A DNA stretch of 64,000 nucleotides. Source: Mobula birostris. Taxonomy: Eukaryota. Below the pieces are notes generated by a model. That model saw only the letters and a program-made list of their open reading frames with translations, was not told where the DNA came from and did not search any database. Shown here piece by piece: positions 1 through 13,900 of the stretch. Position 1 is the stretch's first letter. Every line of letters begins with the position of its first letter. Location: contig NC_092370.1 in NCBI RefSeq assembly GCF_030028105.1, forward strand, positions 83,224,969-83,288,968. Reading direction: 5' to 3'. The position numbers and the translations under genes are program-made.

Positions 1-339
1 GCAGCATAATATCCCAACTTTTTTAGTACAGTAATGCTCTGACCTAAGAATCAAAGTTCCTGCTTCACCACTCTCTCGGCAGCGTTTCCAGGCCCATGCT
101 GTGTTCATAGCTAATATCTTCCGACAATACACTGCTACTTTCACTTCCAAGGTATGGCATGTGTTGTAATGTGAATAGAGAGAGACTGATGCTAAATGAT
201 ACAGAAGTGATTTATCCAACAAGAACGTAAAGCTGGCATCAGATTGAGACCCTTTCAGAGGAAGAGGCCTGTTTGACCCAATATTATGTGACATTTCATA
301 TGCTAAGGATCAAAAGACAATTCTATATTTACAATGTAT

Positions 340-1165
340 TGTTACGTACCCCGTAACTGGGTTGCCAAACCAGCAGAAGTGGACCACTTAGTTGGAGTCT
401 GGATTACTGGAACTAAGAAAGTTTTATTAAAGAAATAAGCAACACAGTACTCTAATAGTAAGGGTATAAATGCAACAGGTTAGCAATGATAAAACACACA
501 TGTACACAGAACTAGGATAATAGGAATCAATCAAGCTCTATCGCAGTCTAGTGGTAAAATGATCAGTCACAAGTGACACAGAGTTCAGTTTAGTTCAGTT
601 CGCAGTAATCGCTGTCGTGCCGTTGGGGAGAGAGAGAGAACGAATGAATATTCAAATCGGATTCCAAACAGACCTTCGATATTCCTCGCAGTTAGCTTTC
701 GCGCGAGCCCTTTGTAATGTCTTCTGAGGTCACTGACTGTGACCCCTCCGTTCCAGATACGATTGTTCTTCTGCGGTGAACCCGGCACCCAGGCAAGGGC
801 GGACACACACACCGGGTTCCCACCCGACCGTATCTTTCCACCCTGTGCATCTATGGCTGGTCCCGTGACCAGACCTCAAAAACTCCCACCAACTTGTAGG
901 GGCACACCGCTTCCAGGGTCTCGTTACCTCGTGGTGTCGTGTGTTTGTTGCCTTAGCGAACCTGTCCCATTTTATCCCCCTGCTGGGGTATCGCCTGTCC
1001 ATCAAACTTCAAACAGTTCAGGGTTCAAAGCAATCGGTCTCTGACAATACTCAGAACTGTGTCTCCTTTTCGTTAATCCCTCTCGTCTCTCATTAACATT
1101 TCTGAATGTTCCCCCATTGTCCTTTTATCGGCATCAATCTTCTGATAATTTGGTCTGTTGTCACA
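340..1165. mobile_element. Solo LTR (826 bp), Gypsy/ERV type
   Basis: TGTTAC...GTCACA termini with a perfect 4-bp TSD GTAT (336-339 and 1166-1169). CpG-rich relative to its flanks, so young. AATAAA lies on the minus strand near 423-428. Confidence 0.85.
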
Positions 1166-1730
1166 GTATCTACAAAGCTTTCTTTGAATTACATATAGCT
1201 TTCCCATCTCTTTCTTTGCACCAACACTCCAGGTACTCAAAATGAACGTTAATCCGCTTTGTCTGGTTTTTCAGTTAACTGCTGTTCACAACTCTAGAAA
1301 TCTGTGGTTCTTCCTGCATTTTCAATTTACTCTACAGTCCATGTTTTGGTTTAAAGATTGGTTGCTGAAGTTAGTTGCTGAAGTTAATATTTTGTTATGT
1401 ACCCTAAGTCCAGAATATGCTTCAACAGACCCTCCTCTTGGCCGTCCTAAACAAGAATAACTTTGTACCAGGAAAGGCCAACCTTACTGAGCATCTACTC
1501 AAATACAGCAGCAGCCATGCTCTTCCTTGGAACCACTCCCAATTACTCTATGTGCATCTACATCTGCGCAACCAACAGCCTTTAAAATGCAGCTTCACCA
1601 TATCCCTTTTGCCTCCTCCCCTGCTGGTCAATCACATTCTTTATCTTCACCCCTTTAGTCTCTGATAGCTAAAACTCTGCAGTGACTGTCAGTGGTTACT
1701 CTCTGGTCAAAGGCATCAGCAAGGTAAATG

Positions 1731-1853
1731 CAGACACGAGGAAATCTGCAGATGCTGGAAATTCAAGCCACACACACAAAAATTGCCGGTGAACGCAGCA
1801 GGCCAGGCAGCATCTATAGGAAGAGGTACAGTTGATATTTCGGGCCGGGGCCC
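1731..1853 (-). mobile_element. Short 3'-terminal fragment of the Penelope-like element
   Basis: Matches the terminus seen at 2962-3050 and 36913-37041. It interrupts ERV copy A between TAAATG/TAGATG repeats. Confidence 0.8.
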
Positions 1854-2439
1854 TAGATGTATCAGGCACACAAGGCCCTCTACATCAATGTACAGGAGGG
1901 GTTGGGACAGTCCTTATTTGAAAGAATACAAGGAGCTCACCCCAGTGGCAACCCCTGCTGGACTGTCCATTTGATCGCTGCCTCCCCCCCACTACTGAAA
2001 GGGCCCAGCTCATTTGTATTTACTCCCCATTCAGTTTGGGGTGACTGCATTCAGATGCAGTGTGCAATTTCCTTTCTCTCTCTCAGTCTGCCATGCCATT
2101 GAAGTTGAGGAACCTGATGTCTCTGCTGTAACTTCTATTTCTTCCCATCTATTTGGCCCAATATTTTTTCTATGCTGAACTGTACAACTAATCATTCGTC
2201 TTCAGCAACCAGAGGACAGTTACCGTTACACATTAACATGGTATTCGCGGCTTGTTGTAACAATCTCTCAGTGTCTTCTGGCTCCATGTTTGCTGCCTGG
2301 TCCTTCAACACTTTAAGTTGGTTACGAAGGTCCTTCACATCTTACTAAGTTGGCAGTTGCAGTTTCTTCTTCTTCGGCTGCCCTCCTCGCTCTGATGTCT
2401 ACCCACTCATTCCCTTGCCGGTCGGTGCTGGGTCTACTG

Positions 2440-2910
2440 TACAGGACTGAAAGAATCTACAGAAAGTTGCAAAATTAGTCAGCTCCATCACGGGTACTAG
2501 CTCCTGTAGTACCCAAGATATCTTCAAGAAGTGGTGTCTCAGAAAGGCAACATCTGTTATTAAGGACCCCCATCACTCAGGATGTGCCCTCTTCTCGTTG
2601 TTCCCAACAGGTAGGAGGTACAGAAGTCTGAAGGCACACACTCAGCGACTCAGGAACAGCTTCTTCCCCTCTGCCATCTGATTGCTAAATGGACATTGAA
2701 CCATTGGACACTACCTCACTTTTTGAAAATATATACTATTTCTGTTCTTGCACTGTGTTAACCTATTCAATATACACATATAAACTTACTGTGATTTATT
2801 TATTTATTTATTTATTCTTTCTATATTACCGTGTATTGCAGTGTACTGCTGCTGTTAAGTTAGTAAATTTCATAACACATGCCAGTGATAATAAACCTGA
2901 TTCTGATTCT
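2440..2910 (+). mobile_element. Rex1/Babar-type LINE 3' fragment
   Basis: Encodes a decayed 'CLRKATSVIKDPHHSG' C-terminus and ends in the ...AATAAACCTGATTCTGATTCT tail shared with many other copies in the window. Confidence 0.7.
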
Positions 2911-3024
2911 TTAAAACACATATGCACATCTTAATGTTGTGAAAAATGTGCTATAAACATAAACAACACACATCAAAGTTGCTGGTGAACGCAGCAGGCC
3001 AGACAGCATCTCTAGGAAGAGGTG

Positions 3025-3062
3025 CAGTCGACATTTCAGGCCGAGACCCTTCGTCAGGACTA
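3025..3062 (-). ncRNA. Minimal type I hammerhead ribozyme motif in the PLE terminus
   Basis: Minus strand reads UAGUC-CUGACGA-AGG GUCUCGG CCU-GAAA-UGUC-GACUG: stem I UAGUC/GACUG, core CUGAnGA and GAAA, stem II AGG/CCU, cleavage triplet GUC. Confidence 0.75.
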
Positions 3063-3354
3063 ACTGAAGGAAGAGTGAGTAAGGGATTTGAAAGTTGGAG
3101 GGGGAGAGGGAGATCCAAAATGATAGGAGAAGACAGGAGGGGGAGGGATGGAGCCAAGAGCTGGACAGGCGATAGGCAAAAGGGGATAAGAGAGGATCTT
3201 GGGACAGGAGGTCCGGGAAGAAAGACAAGGGGGGGGGACCCAGAGGATGGGCAAGAGGTATATTCAGAGGGACAGAGGGAGAAAAAGGAGAGTGAGAGGA
3301 AGAATGTGTGCATAAAAATAAGTAACAGATGGGGTACGAGGGGGAGGTGGGGCC

Positions 3355-5372
3355 TTAGCGGAAGTTAGAGAAGTCGATGTTCATGCCATCAGGTTGGAGG
3401 CTACCCAGACGGAATATAAGGTGTTGTTCCTCCAACCTGAGTGTGGCTTCATCTTTACAGTAGAGGAGGCCGTGGATAGACATGTCAGAATGGGAATGGG
3501 ATGTGGAATTAAAATGTGTGGCCACTGGGAGATCCTGCTTTCTCTGGCGGACAGAGCGTAGATGTTCAGCAAAGCGGTCTCCCAGTCTGCGTCAGGGTCT
3601 CGCCAATATATAAAAGGCCACATTGGGAGCACCGGACGCAGTATATCACCTCAGTCGACTCACAGGTGAAGTGTTGCCTCACCTGGAAGGACTGTTTGGG
3701 GCCCTGAATGGTGGTAAGGGAGGAAGTGTAAGGGCATGTGTAGCACTTGTTCCGCTTACACGGATAAGTGCCAGGAGGGAGATCAGTGGGGAGGGATGGG
3801 GGGGACGAATGGACAAGGGAGTTGCGTAGGGAGCGATCCCTGCGGAATGCAGGGGTGGGGGAGGGAAAGGTGTGCTTAGTGGTGGGATCCCGTTGGAGGT
3901 GGCGGAAGTTACGGAGAATAATATGTTGGACCCGGAGGCTGGTGGGGTGGTAGGTGAGAACCAGGGGAACCCTATTCCTAGTGGGGTGGCGGGAGGATGG
4001 AGTGAGAGCAGATGTACATGAAATGGGGGAGCTGCGTTTAAGCGCAGAGTTGATAGTGGAGAAAGGGAAGCCTCTTTCTTTAAAAAAGCAAGACATCTCC
4101 CTCATCCTAGAATGAAAAGCCTCATCCTGAGAGCAGATGCGGCGGAGACGGAGGAATTGCGAGAAGGGGATGGCGTTTTTGCGAGAGACAGGGTGAGAAG
4201 AGGAATAGTCCAGATAGCTGTGAGAGTCAGTAGGCTTATAGTAGACATCAGTGGATAAGCTGTCTCCAGAGACAGAGACAGAAAGATCTAGAAAGGGGAG
4301 GGAGGTGTCGGAAATGGACCAGGTAAACTTGAGGGCAGGGTGAAAGTTGGAGGCAAAGTTAATAAAGTCAACGAGTTCTGCATGCGTGCAGGAAGCAGCG
4401 CCAATACAGTCGTCGATGTAGTGAAGGAAAAGTGGGGGACAGATACCAGAATAGGCACGGAACATAGATTGTTCCACAAAGCCAACAAAAAGGCAGGCAT
4501 AGCTAGGACCCATACGGGTGCCCATAGCCACACCTTTAGTTTGGAGGAAGTGGGAGGAGCCAAAGGAGAAATTATTAAGAGTAAGGACTAATTCCGCTAG
4601 ACGGAGCAGAGTGGTGGTAGAGGGGAACTGATTAGGTCTGGAATCCAAAAAGAAGTGTAGAGCTTTGAGAGCATCCTGATGGGGGATGGAAGTATATAAG
4701 GACTGGACATCCATGTTGAAAATAAAGTGGTGGGAGCCAGGGAACTTAAAATCATCGAAAAGTTTAAGAGCGTGAGAAGTGTCACGAACATAGGTCGGAA
4801 GGGATTGAACAAGGGGTGATAAAACCATGTCGAGGTACGCAGAAACGAGTTCGGTGGGGCAGGAGCAAGCTGAGACAATAGGTCGGCCAGGACAGGCAGG
4901 TTTGTGGATCTTGGGTAGGAGGTAGAAACGGGAAGTGCAGGGTGTGGGAACTATAAGGTTGGTAGCAGTGGATGGGAGATCCCCTGAGCGGATAATGTCG
5001 GTGATGGTGTGGGAGACAATGGCCTGGTGCTCCTTAGTGGGGTCACGATCGAGGGGTAAATAAGAGGAGGTATCCGCAAGTTGTCGCTGTGCCTCGGCAA
5101 GGTAGAGGTCAGTACCCCAGACTACAACAGCACCCACCTTATCGGCGGGTTTAATAATAAGGTTAGGATTAGTGCGGAGGGAGTGGAGAGCAGAGCGTTC
5201 CGAAGGAGTGAGGTTGGAATGGGGACAAGGTGCGGTGAAGTCGAGACGGTTGATGTCCTGTCGGCAGTTAGCGATAAAGAGATCCAGAGCAGGCAGAAGA
5301 CCAGAGCGGGGTGTCCATGAAGAAGAGGAGGGTTGAAGACGGGAGAAAGGGTCATCGGTGGGGGTGGAAGTA
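3355..5372 (-). pseudogene. PLE RT + GIY-YIG ORF, with one frameshift near 3595
   Basis: RT motifs FYLLPKIHK, GRPIVS, MDVQSLYTSIPH, GVAMGT and YIDD; Cys linker CKRNKCYTC; endonuclease VIYCVRC..LYIGET. After the frameshift it continues in another frame as RLGDRFAEHLRS...LQPDGMNIDFSNFR* (stop at 3355-3357). Confidence 0.9.
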
Positions 5373-6010
5373 CACAGAACAGCACAGCATAGCAACAGGC
5401 CCTTCGCCCCATGATGTCTGTCCTAAGCTCAATACCTGATGAAGTTAATTCCACCTGCTTGCACACGATCCATATCCGCCCCCCCAATTCTCTGCAAGTT
5501 CCTTTGCCTACCTAACAGCCCCTCTAATGCCAATGTTGTATCTGCTTCCACTACCTCTGTGCAACATGATCTAGGCACCTATCATCTCTTTATGAATAAC
5601 TTGCCCCATACTCCTTCTGTAACCTGTCGCCTTCTCAATTTAAAACAATGCATTCAACATTTATACTCTGGGAAGAAAGATTTTGACTGTCTCTCCTATC
5701 TATGCCTCTTGTAATTTTATAAACTACTATCAGATCTCCCCTCAATCTCTGACACTCAAGGGAAAACAACTGCTCCTTCTACTAATACCCTCTAATCCAG
5801 GCTGCATTTGCAAAAGTTTAATTTTCATGCTCAAAAATCTAATTCTCATGCATTTATATTCTGTGTAGGTATGCCTAATAAACTTGAAGCTCAAGCATTC
5901 AGCTAACCCTCTTCTGAATCCTCTCCAAAGCCTCCACATCTTTCCTGTAATTGGGCATCTAGAACTCCATGTAGTATTCCAAGTGGGGCATAACAGAAGT
6001 TGTATGCAAA
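5373..6010 (-). mobile_element. CR1 LINE 3' fragment
   Basis: The reverse complement encodes a decayed 'PLGILHGVLD../DVEALERIQRR' CR1 C-terminus plus the typical 3' tail. Confidence 0.65.
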
Positions 6011-7337
6011 TATAATACAGTTTATTTCAGGACTGACAAACAATGATGCAGATCTTGAAAACTCCTTGAAAATTAAGTCACATATCAGTGCACTAATCAT
6101 GTTCAAGAATTCAATACTGTTCTCTAATGTTCAATAAACATGCAGGTCCGAGTTACATGTCAACCATAATTTATTTTCATGGACTCAGTGTTGTAGAAGA
6201 AGAGGAAAAGGCAAACTGTTTCAGTCAATCTCCCAGCATATCAGAACTTCCGATGAGGCATTAAACCCAGGCTTTGCCTGCCCCTTTGTGATGGACCAAG
6301 AAAGCTTTGTTTGAAGAGCACTGGAGGAGATCCCTATTTGTTCTGCCAATATTTGTGCTTTGGTCAACATTATTAATTGAGTTTTTGTGGGATCCTTCAT
6401 ATTGTAGATTATGTAAGCAAGCAAAGACAGATCTAATATAAAACAACCTTGCCCAAGGCAGGAACTCTGAGATACACTGCAACACTCAGATACACCAACA
6501 AATAAAAATACCTCAAACCCACACATACGTCTGGAGTGATGAAGAGTATCAAAACTCATTGATCGTTACCAGATTAAGTACATTTCCAATTCAACTGTCT
6601 GCTTTCTGCCACAGAAGATGCCTGACACACTGAGCTCCTTCCAACAATTTATCTGTTGCTCTACTCTAAAATTGGTCATGGACTATATCTCCACAAAGCT
6701 TTGAGGAAGAGAGATTAAAAGAATCAAGACCAGTAGAGGTTGAGACTTCTATCATTGGACCATAGGCCATTGAGGAGTGATCTTATAAAAGTGTATAAAA
6801 CCATGAAGAGCATAGATTGGATGATGCACACAGCCTTTCCCCCAGGGTTTGTTTAAAGTGAGATGGAAGAGATTTAATACAAACCTGAAGGGTATCTATT
6901 TCACCCAGAGGGGGTCAGTATATGTTATGATGTACATGGATAAGAAAGGGCCTAAATTGGGCATTAGGGACTACTGTAGATGGGTACAGACTAGTTGGGC
7001 TAAAGGGCTCTTTTTGTGTTGTATGACTCTGTGATTCTGATTCTATGGATACAGTACTGAAATAAAATAACTCATCTCCATTTTAATTGGGTGGCCCCTC
7101 TTAGACTGTGAATGCTGGCCGTAGATTCTCTCACAAGATGAAACACCCTCTTCACTTCCACCCTGTCAAGACCCCTCACATTCTTATAGATTTATTGACT
7201 CAGAGGTTAAATTGTCAAAGTCAGGTCTCAGTGAATGATTCCCAGCTTGACACTATAAACAGTTAAAGAGCGCTTCTTCTGAGGCTGGCTTCAACTTTCT
7301 AAAATGCAGAAGAATTATTATTGTGGGAAGAGAGTGC

Positions 7338-10300
7338 CGTTATGTTTTGTGACTCCAGAAGTTAATCGAAAGAAAAACACGAAGCCGGGAATAACATGTC
7401 TAGTTTCACTTTTTTACTTCTAGTGAGGGGTGCACTTATGATGCGGTGGCATAACAAAATGAACATATGATGTGGTGATGTAATGACGTATGCCATTCAC
7501 ATACATTTTCATATAACACTTAAATGCTTATCAAGCAATATACTTACAATATTACTGAAATATTAAATACAACACTGCTCCCTGCTTAGTTATAATGTTC
7601 AGCTCAATATAGAATGCATCTCAACTTTATACATATATACAGTATACTATATAACACAACTACTATATAGACATACACAGCAAAGTAAATTTTAATTTGG
7701 GCCAAAAGATTTGATCACTGTGGAGGATTTCATACTCTTGTGGGATAACGTCTTTCCTGACAAGTGGGGGCGGGGGAGGGGCACTTTGCTTGGCAGATGA
7801 GACTTGTGGCAGTGAAATAATTTCAGGACCTGGGGCCTCCTCTGTGGTGGTTATATAACTTGACTCTGGGACTGCAGGAAGTGGTTCTGACAGTGGTAGC
7901 CACCTTTCTTCTGGATGTGTTGGCATCCTGGATGGTGCGTAGCAAGCTGTTCGATCTGCTGATCTATCTCAGGCCACCGGACAAAGCCTTGAGCCGACAC
8001 TTTCATTTTGACCATGCCTAGATGACCGGCATGTAGCTCCTCCAGCACTTTAGCTCTCAACTTGGATGGTACAACAGCTCTCAATCCCCACACAAGGCAA
8101 TTTCTGACAAGGGCAAGTTCATCCTGGCGCTGGTAAAAATGGGGGAACTAGAAATCCTGCTTCACATTCCATTCACTTTGGGTTGCCCTGTAGACCTGAG
8201 ACAGTACAGTGACTTTTCTAGTTGTATTTCTGATCACCTCTGCTTTAATAGGGAGACTTTTGATTTGCATTAAGGAGAATATGTCAAGCAGAGTATCCTC
8301 TTTTCTAAATAATTCTGGTACAGTACTCCCTTTTCCAAGGGTAAATGGGACAATCCATTAGCATTTCCGAGATTAGTCGTCCTCTTGAATTCAATGTTGT
8401 CCTCAAAGAAATAGAGCACGTCTCTGCATTCGTGCTGCTGCTCTTAGTGGAACACCCTTCTTTCGATTGAAAATGGACACAAGTGGTTGATGATCAGTAA
8501 TGAAGGTAAACTCTCTCCCACGCAGCACTAGTTGAAATGCTCTCCTCAAAGCAGGCTCAAGGCCTCTCTGTCAACCTGTGCGTAAATTTTCTCTGTAGCA
8601 GTAAGGGAACGTGATACAAAGACTATGGGCATTCACTTCCATCAAACGTAACGTATGACATGGTTCCACTATACCATAAAGCTAGGTGTCACAGGCAAGC
8701 TTTACAGGGCAATGGGATCATAACATGTGAGTACAGTGTTGGTTGTCACCATTTCTTTTGCTTTTTGAAAAGTCACCTCATACTGACCTGTCGATTGGCA
8801 TTTCTTCCCAGTCCGTAGTAATGAGTTTAATGGGTCGAGCACAATAACCAGGTTAGACAGGAATGTATTATAGTAATTGACCAATCCTAAAAAGGACTGC
8901 AACTGTAAAATATCCTTTGGTCTTGAGGCATCCATCAACACTTCAATCTTCTCAGCACACTTGATGCAATCCTTGTGCATCAATAGGATAACCACATTAA
9001 GTGATGCCTGGTTTAAGGAATTCACACTTGTTGCATCATGCTCTGAGCCTATAATCTTTCAAACTTTTTAACACTGTCTCGAAATTTTGGAGATGTCTCT
9101 TGTCATCCTTACTGGCAACAATGATGTCATCCAGCCAACACTGAGTGCCTGGACAGCCTTGTAGCACTTGGTCCATAGCTTTCCACCAGAGTGCAGGTGC
9201 AGTTGCTTCTCCAAAAATAACAGTGATAAAGCCCTTTCTGAGTGCTTATGGTGAGAAACACTTCAGACTCTTCTTCCATCTCCACCTGTAGGTAGGTATT
9301 CAGCTAAGTCCACTTTGCTGAACTGTTTTCCTCCAGAAAGATTTGCAAAGATATCCTTTATCTCAGGCAGAAAGTATTGGTCTACTTTCAGTACTCAGTT
9401 GACGGTGACATTAAAATCACCACAGATCCTGACAGACCCATTACTGGGACGACTCGCACTGCCTCTGGGCTCTACTGAAACTTGGAAAGACTGCTTACAG
9501 CCTCCATGAAATCTAACTCACCGGCTACTTTATCACTGATGGTATAAGGAACCAGACTGTCATTGTAAAACTTGGGTGTGGCATTTTCATTTAACACCAC
9601 TTTACCCTTGATATATTTGAGTTTTCCAGTGCCATCCTTGAATACTGCTGTGGCATGCAAATTGTGGATCCATCTCCAAATGAATTGCCGTTTCATCCAT
9701 TCATGCCCCCACAATGCTGGCCTCTTGTTTTTAGAACATACAAGCCCAATGTAGCTTGTTGGTTGTTGTATTTCACTGTTACAAATGTCATTCCCACAGG
9801 AGCTATCTTCTCTCCAGTTAATTAGATAGCTGCTGGCTTCAGTTTAGTATATTTAAAACGCCATTCAAACTCATTTTGTGGAATGACTTAAACAGCTGAG
9901 CCTGTGTCCAATTCTACTTCAATTAATTTTCTGTCTACTTCTGGTGTAAGCCATATTATTTGTCTCAGGATAGTTTTCACACTGTAAATCACAATGGTAC
10001 TCAATCCTGTGTCACTCACACCATTGTCAGGTTTTACATCAATGCCATGCGGATTAGTGCTCTTTCTGAAACTGCAACTTGACTTTTATCTTTATCTCTT
10101 CCCTTTGTAGCCCATTTATTTTTTTTGTCTGCCCAACATGATCTTTGTATGTGTCCTACTCTGTCGCATTTTCTGCAAGCTTCTCCTTTAAAACTGCATT
10201 GCTCTGGTGCATGTGAGCTGCTGCCACAATGCAACACAATTTGTTTGGAAAGGTTGGTTCTGCAATCAACAATGTTCTAAATGGTTCTAAAAGTTCCTGC

Positions 10301-10990
10301 TTTAGGTTCACAGTTCAGCAAAGCGCAGTTTGGCTGGTTTGATTGGAGCAGTTAAATTTCTAAGCAAACTGCATTCACCTATTACACTCAGCAAAATTGG
10401 CACTTACATTTCATTTGTTTCCAAATACTGCTCATTTCACCCAGTATACATCAGCCAGTTATCTTTTGTGCAATTGAACATGTCTATCTTTCTGATGCAG
10501 CCAAATATTACTGTGTTAAAAAAATTATGATTATTATCACCCGGTGATAATGAACCCATGAATCTGTTTTCTGCCTTTTTTTACAACTCAACTGTCTCTT
10601 CTCTTCTGAGGAACACATGCTTCGATTTTTTAAAACTTGATCATTTCTCTTTCCCTCTTCCCCCCACCCCCCCCCCCCAAACTGCTGCACTTCAACAAGT
10701 AGGTAGTCATCTTTGATTAATTTTTGGAAATTTACTCATTGCCACTGTTAAGTTTTATAACTCAAAAAATTAATCAAAAGAAAAACACGGAGCCAGCAAT
10801 AACATGTCTTGTTTCGTTTTGTACTTCTAGAGAGGCGCACACTTATGATGTGGTGGCGTAATGATGCACACATATGATGTTGTGGCATAAAGATGTATGC
10901 CATTCATGTACTTTTACAAATAACACTTAATGAACTACTTAAACAACAAAGAATGATTTACAATATTACTCAAATATTACATACACAACA
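7338..10990 (-). mobile_element. Decayed Ty3/Gypsy LTR retrotransposon (LTRs 7338-7574 and 10746-10990)
   Basis: Direct-repeat LTRs. PBS TGGCAATGAG (10735-10744, minus) and PPT AAGCAGGGAGCAG (7575-7587, minus). Gag zinc knuckles CGSSSHAPEQC..CRKCDRVGHIQRSC, RT SVRICGDFNVTVN, QLQSFLGLVNYY, integrase Zn region LEELHAGHLGMVKMK. Many stops; integrase core missing. Confidence 0.9.
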
Positions 10991-13900
10991 GGTGTGTGGA
11001 CAATAATCTTATTTTATTCAGTCATGTGATGCAGGAGATAATTGCAAAGTCAACAATTTATTGCTCTTGTAGCTTTAAGAGCAGTTGAGAGTCAACCACA
11101 GTGTTGCATGCCTACAGTCACATACATCATGGTACATTTCCATTCATGAAGGGCTTAAAGGTATAAAATGATTTATTTACAATAGCCCAATCATTTCATG
11201 GTCATCATTCTGGCCATTAATTTTTTAATTCAGATTATTTTCTACCCTGAGGGATTTAATAAGAATTCAGTTAATGTCTGAACTTACATTTCTCACTGCA
11301 ATGGAAACAGATATAACCTGAATGCTTTTAAAAACTTTATATTATTTTAAGCTCCTCTGTAGAATGAAGGCGTTGGAGGCAAGGCCAGTATCTGTTGCCC
11401 ATCCAGAGTGTTCTTGACAAAGTGCTTTGCTTCCTTAGCAACAGAGTGATGAACTACTTGGAGGCACAAGGGACTTCAGGTGCTGGAACCTGGAGCAAAA
11501 AAGTGTAATCAGAATCAGAAGGAAAGAATAACAATCAGAGCTGCCGGAGCAACTCGGCAGATGAGGAGGTGTCTGTCAAGGGAAATGGACAGCTGACATT
11601 TCAGGTCAAGGCCCTTCGTCTGGACTGAAAGAGTAGAGGGGAGATAGCCATCATAAAGAGGAGTATACAAGTAAATTGGTTTATTATTTTCACAGGTACT
11701 GAGTAGTGAAATTTTTGGTTTTGTTGCCATCCATACAAATCATTTTATCATATCAGTACATTGGAAAAGCAATAATAGAAAGCAGAACTAATTGTTACAG
11801 TTACAGAGAAAATGCAGCACAGGCAGACATGGATGTTTTCTATGGTGCATGGATAAAAATTGGAGAGGGACAGGGGGCATGCTGGCAAGCAATAAATTGC
11901 TCAAAGTGAGGAGAGGTTGACTGACAGGTGAGTCAGGTGGGGGAGGGTAGGGTGAAGTTACTGACAGAGGGTGTGAAGTGATAGGTGATGACAACAATGG
12001 ACTGAAGATGATGGAACCTGATAAGAAAGTAGTGAAGAGGAATGAAATAGAAAGAATGGTATATGTGAGAGGACTTGGGCAGTAGAGCTACTAGGACTTG
12101 ATGTTTCAATCCCCATGGTAAGTCGGCACTCTTGATATTGGCAGTGGGCTTGGAGTGGTGGCAAGGAGGGTAGATACGTCATCGGGGTCATCAGGTGGGC
12201 ACCCTCCTTCTTTGACGTTCCGTTCATCTCCAGAGGACTCAACGGGGCTATCTGGCGTCCCAGATACACCCCCCTCAGTTCCATATCCCCTTGTCTTCAT
12301 CTTGCAGCCCAGTTGCTGTCTTTCCTTTTAATCCAAATCCAATTGCTGCTTTCTTCCACTGCATTTGACAAGGACTTGATTGCTTGTTGGAAGGATCAGA
12401 ATTTAAATTCAAAGTCGAACTTATCGTCATATGCACAAATACGTGTATGCACAGGTGCAGTAAATTACTTACCACATACTAGCAGCACCATCACAGGCAC
12501 ATACCATCACATAAGCAGCATTCATAAGGAAAAAAACATAAATTAGACATAATTTTTACAAGGAAGAACACAAAAAGGAGGGTCATAGATTGATTCTAGA
12601 GTAGGTTTATATAGGTCAGCAGAAGATTGTGCATTGAGGAACTCCAACTGTGCTGCACGATCTATGTCCTACATAAAAAATTGCGTTCATTTTTAGTGTT
12701 CAGAAGGACGTAGCATTGCTATATTGAGGTAATGATTGGGGTTGTGCCAGTTGTTTCAAGAACTGAATGGTTGAAGGGAAGTTTCTGTTCTTGAACCTAT
12801 TCAAATGGGACTTAAACTGCCATAATTATATACTCTTCGGTTTGGTCTTCTCTCGGCCTCCTTTTTTCCAAGGAAAACAAACCCAGTTCATCCAGTTTTA
12901 CCATCCTAGGCAACATCCTGGTGAAAATCATCTGCCCGCTCTCCAAAAAATGGGAATTTAGTTACTTATATGTCTGCACTTCTCACTGACTCTGGAAAGC
13001 AGCCAACATAATTAAGGATATCTCCCATTAGAGACATTTTCTCTTCTATCTCTTTTCATTGGCAGAAGATACAAAAGCTTGAAAACAAGCATCATGATGC
13101 TCAAGGACAGCTTCCATCTCACTGTTTTAAGACACTTGAATGGACCTCTTGTACAATAAAGATAAAATTTTGAACTTCCAGACTACCTCACTGTAGCCCT
13201 AACACTTTACTGCATGTGTCTGCCTGCACTGCACTTTCTCTGTAACTAATACTGCATTATGTATTCTGTCATTACGTTGCCCTTTCGCTTATGTTGATGC
13301 ACCGATAGTATGGATTGATATAACTGGACGACTTGCAAAACACAGGTTTTCATCTACCTCTGAACATGCGTGTGAAAATAAGAAACTTATTTAACATAAG
13401 ACTATACAGTAAATTTGGGAATTTCCTGTTACTCTAGAGATTGATAGTTTTGTTGTCAATCTTGATAAATAAACATAACTTAACAAGCAGATACTTACCT
13501 GATGTGACCTCCATTCTGTGCTTTACCACATATAATGGGCGTTTTACTACTGTGCTGTTTTGGCAAGGTAAAAAGGTGATACAAGGTGGAAAGGGGGAAA
13601 AAAAAAGAAAAATAGGATCAGAATAACTTCTGAACCTTCTATGTAGTATTAATTAAATGATTTTCAGATCAATAGCCATTAAAAGAGCACTTATATTTTC
13701 AGGCACTGAGGGGTATCTTGTCTTAAGTGTTCAGTGTTGTTTGACTATGGGATGTCATTTTCTGCCAATTTCATCAATTAGGCAATAATTGAGCAGTTTA
13801 AAACAGTTACAACTGTAATGATGTTGATGGGCTTGTCCTCAGTGCCTTTAAGAATTGTGGTAAATCCACACGAAACTGAAGGTCTACCCATAATGTGGAA

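Larger units (their letters stand above)
162..2420 (-). mobile_element. Internally deleted ERV-like element, copy A: 3' LTR 162-1427 (split by a solo LTR), polypurine tract (PPT) 1428-1439, internal remnant to ~2420
   Basis: The reverse complement aligns by eye with 22950-23000 (RNase H tail KGNEWVDI), 23880-23920 (integrase tail) and 24270-25530 (post-pol region and LTR). On the minus strand the LTR starts TGTTG after a PPT AAGAGGAGGGTC and ends ...ACAACA. Confidence 0.75.
2962..5372 (-). mobile_element. Penelope-like retroelement (Neptune-type), 5'-truncated, young
   Basis: Long minus-strand ORF with PLE reverse transcriptase and GIY-YIG endonuclease, followed by a pyrimidine-rich 3' UTR and a hammerhead-containing terminus. 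Confidence 0.93.

Noticed and set aside
6190-6560. Non-repetitive-looking stretch with 74-112 aa ORFs
   Set aside because: No recognisable protein similarity and no convincing splice-site pair.
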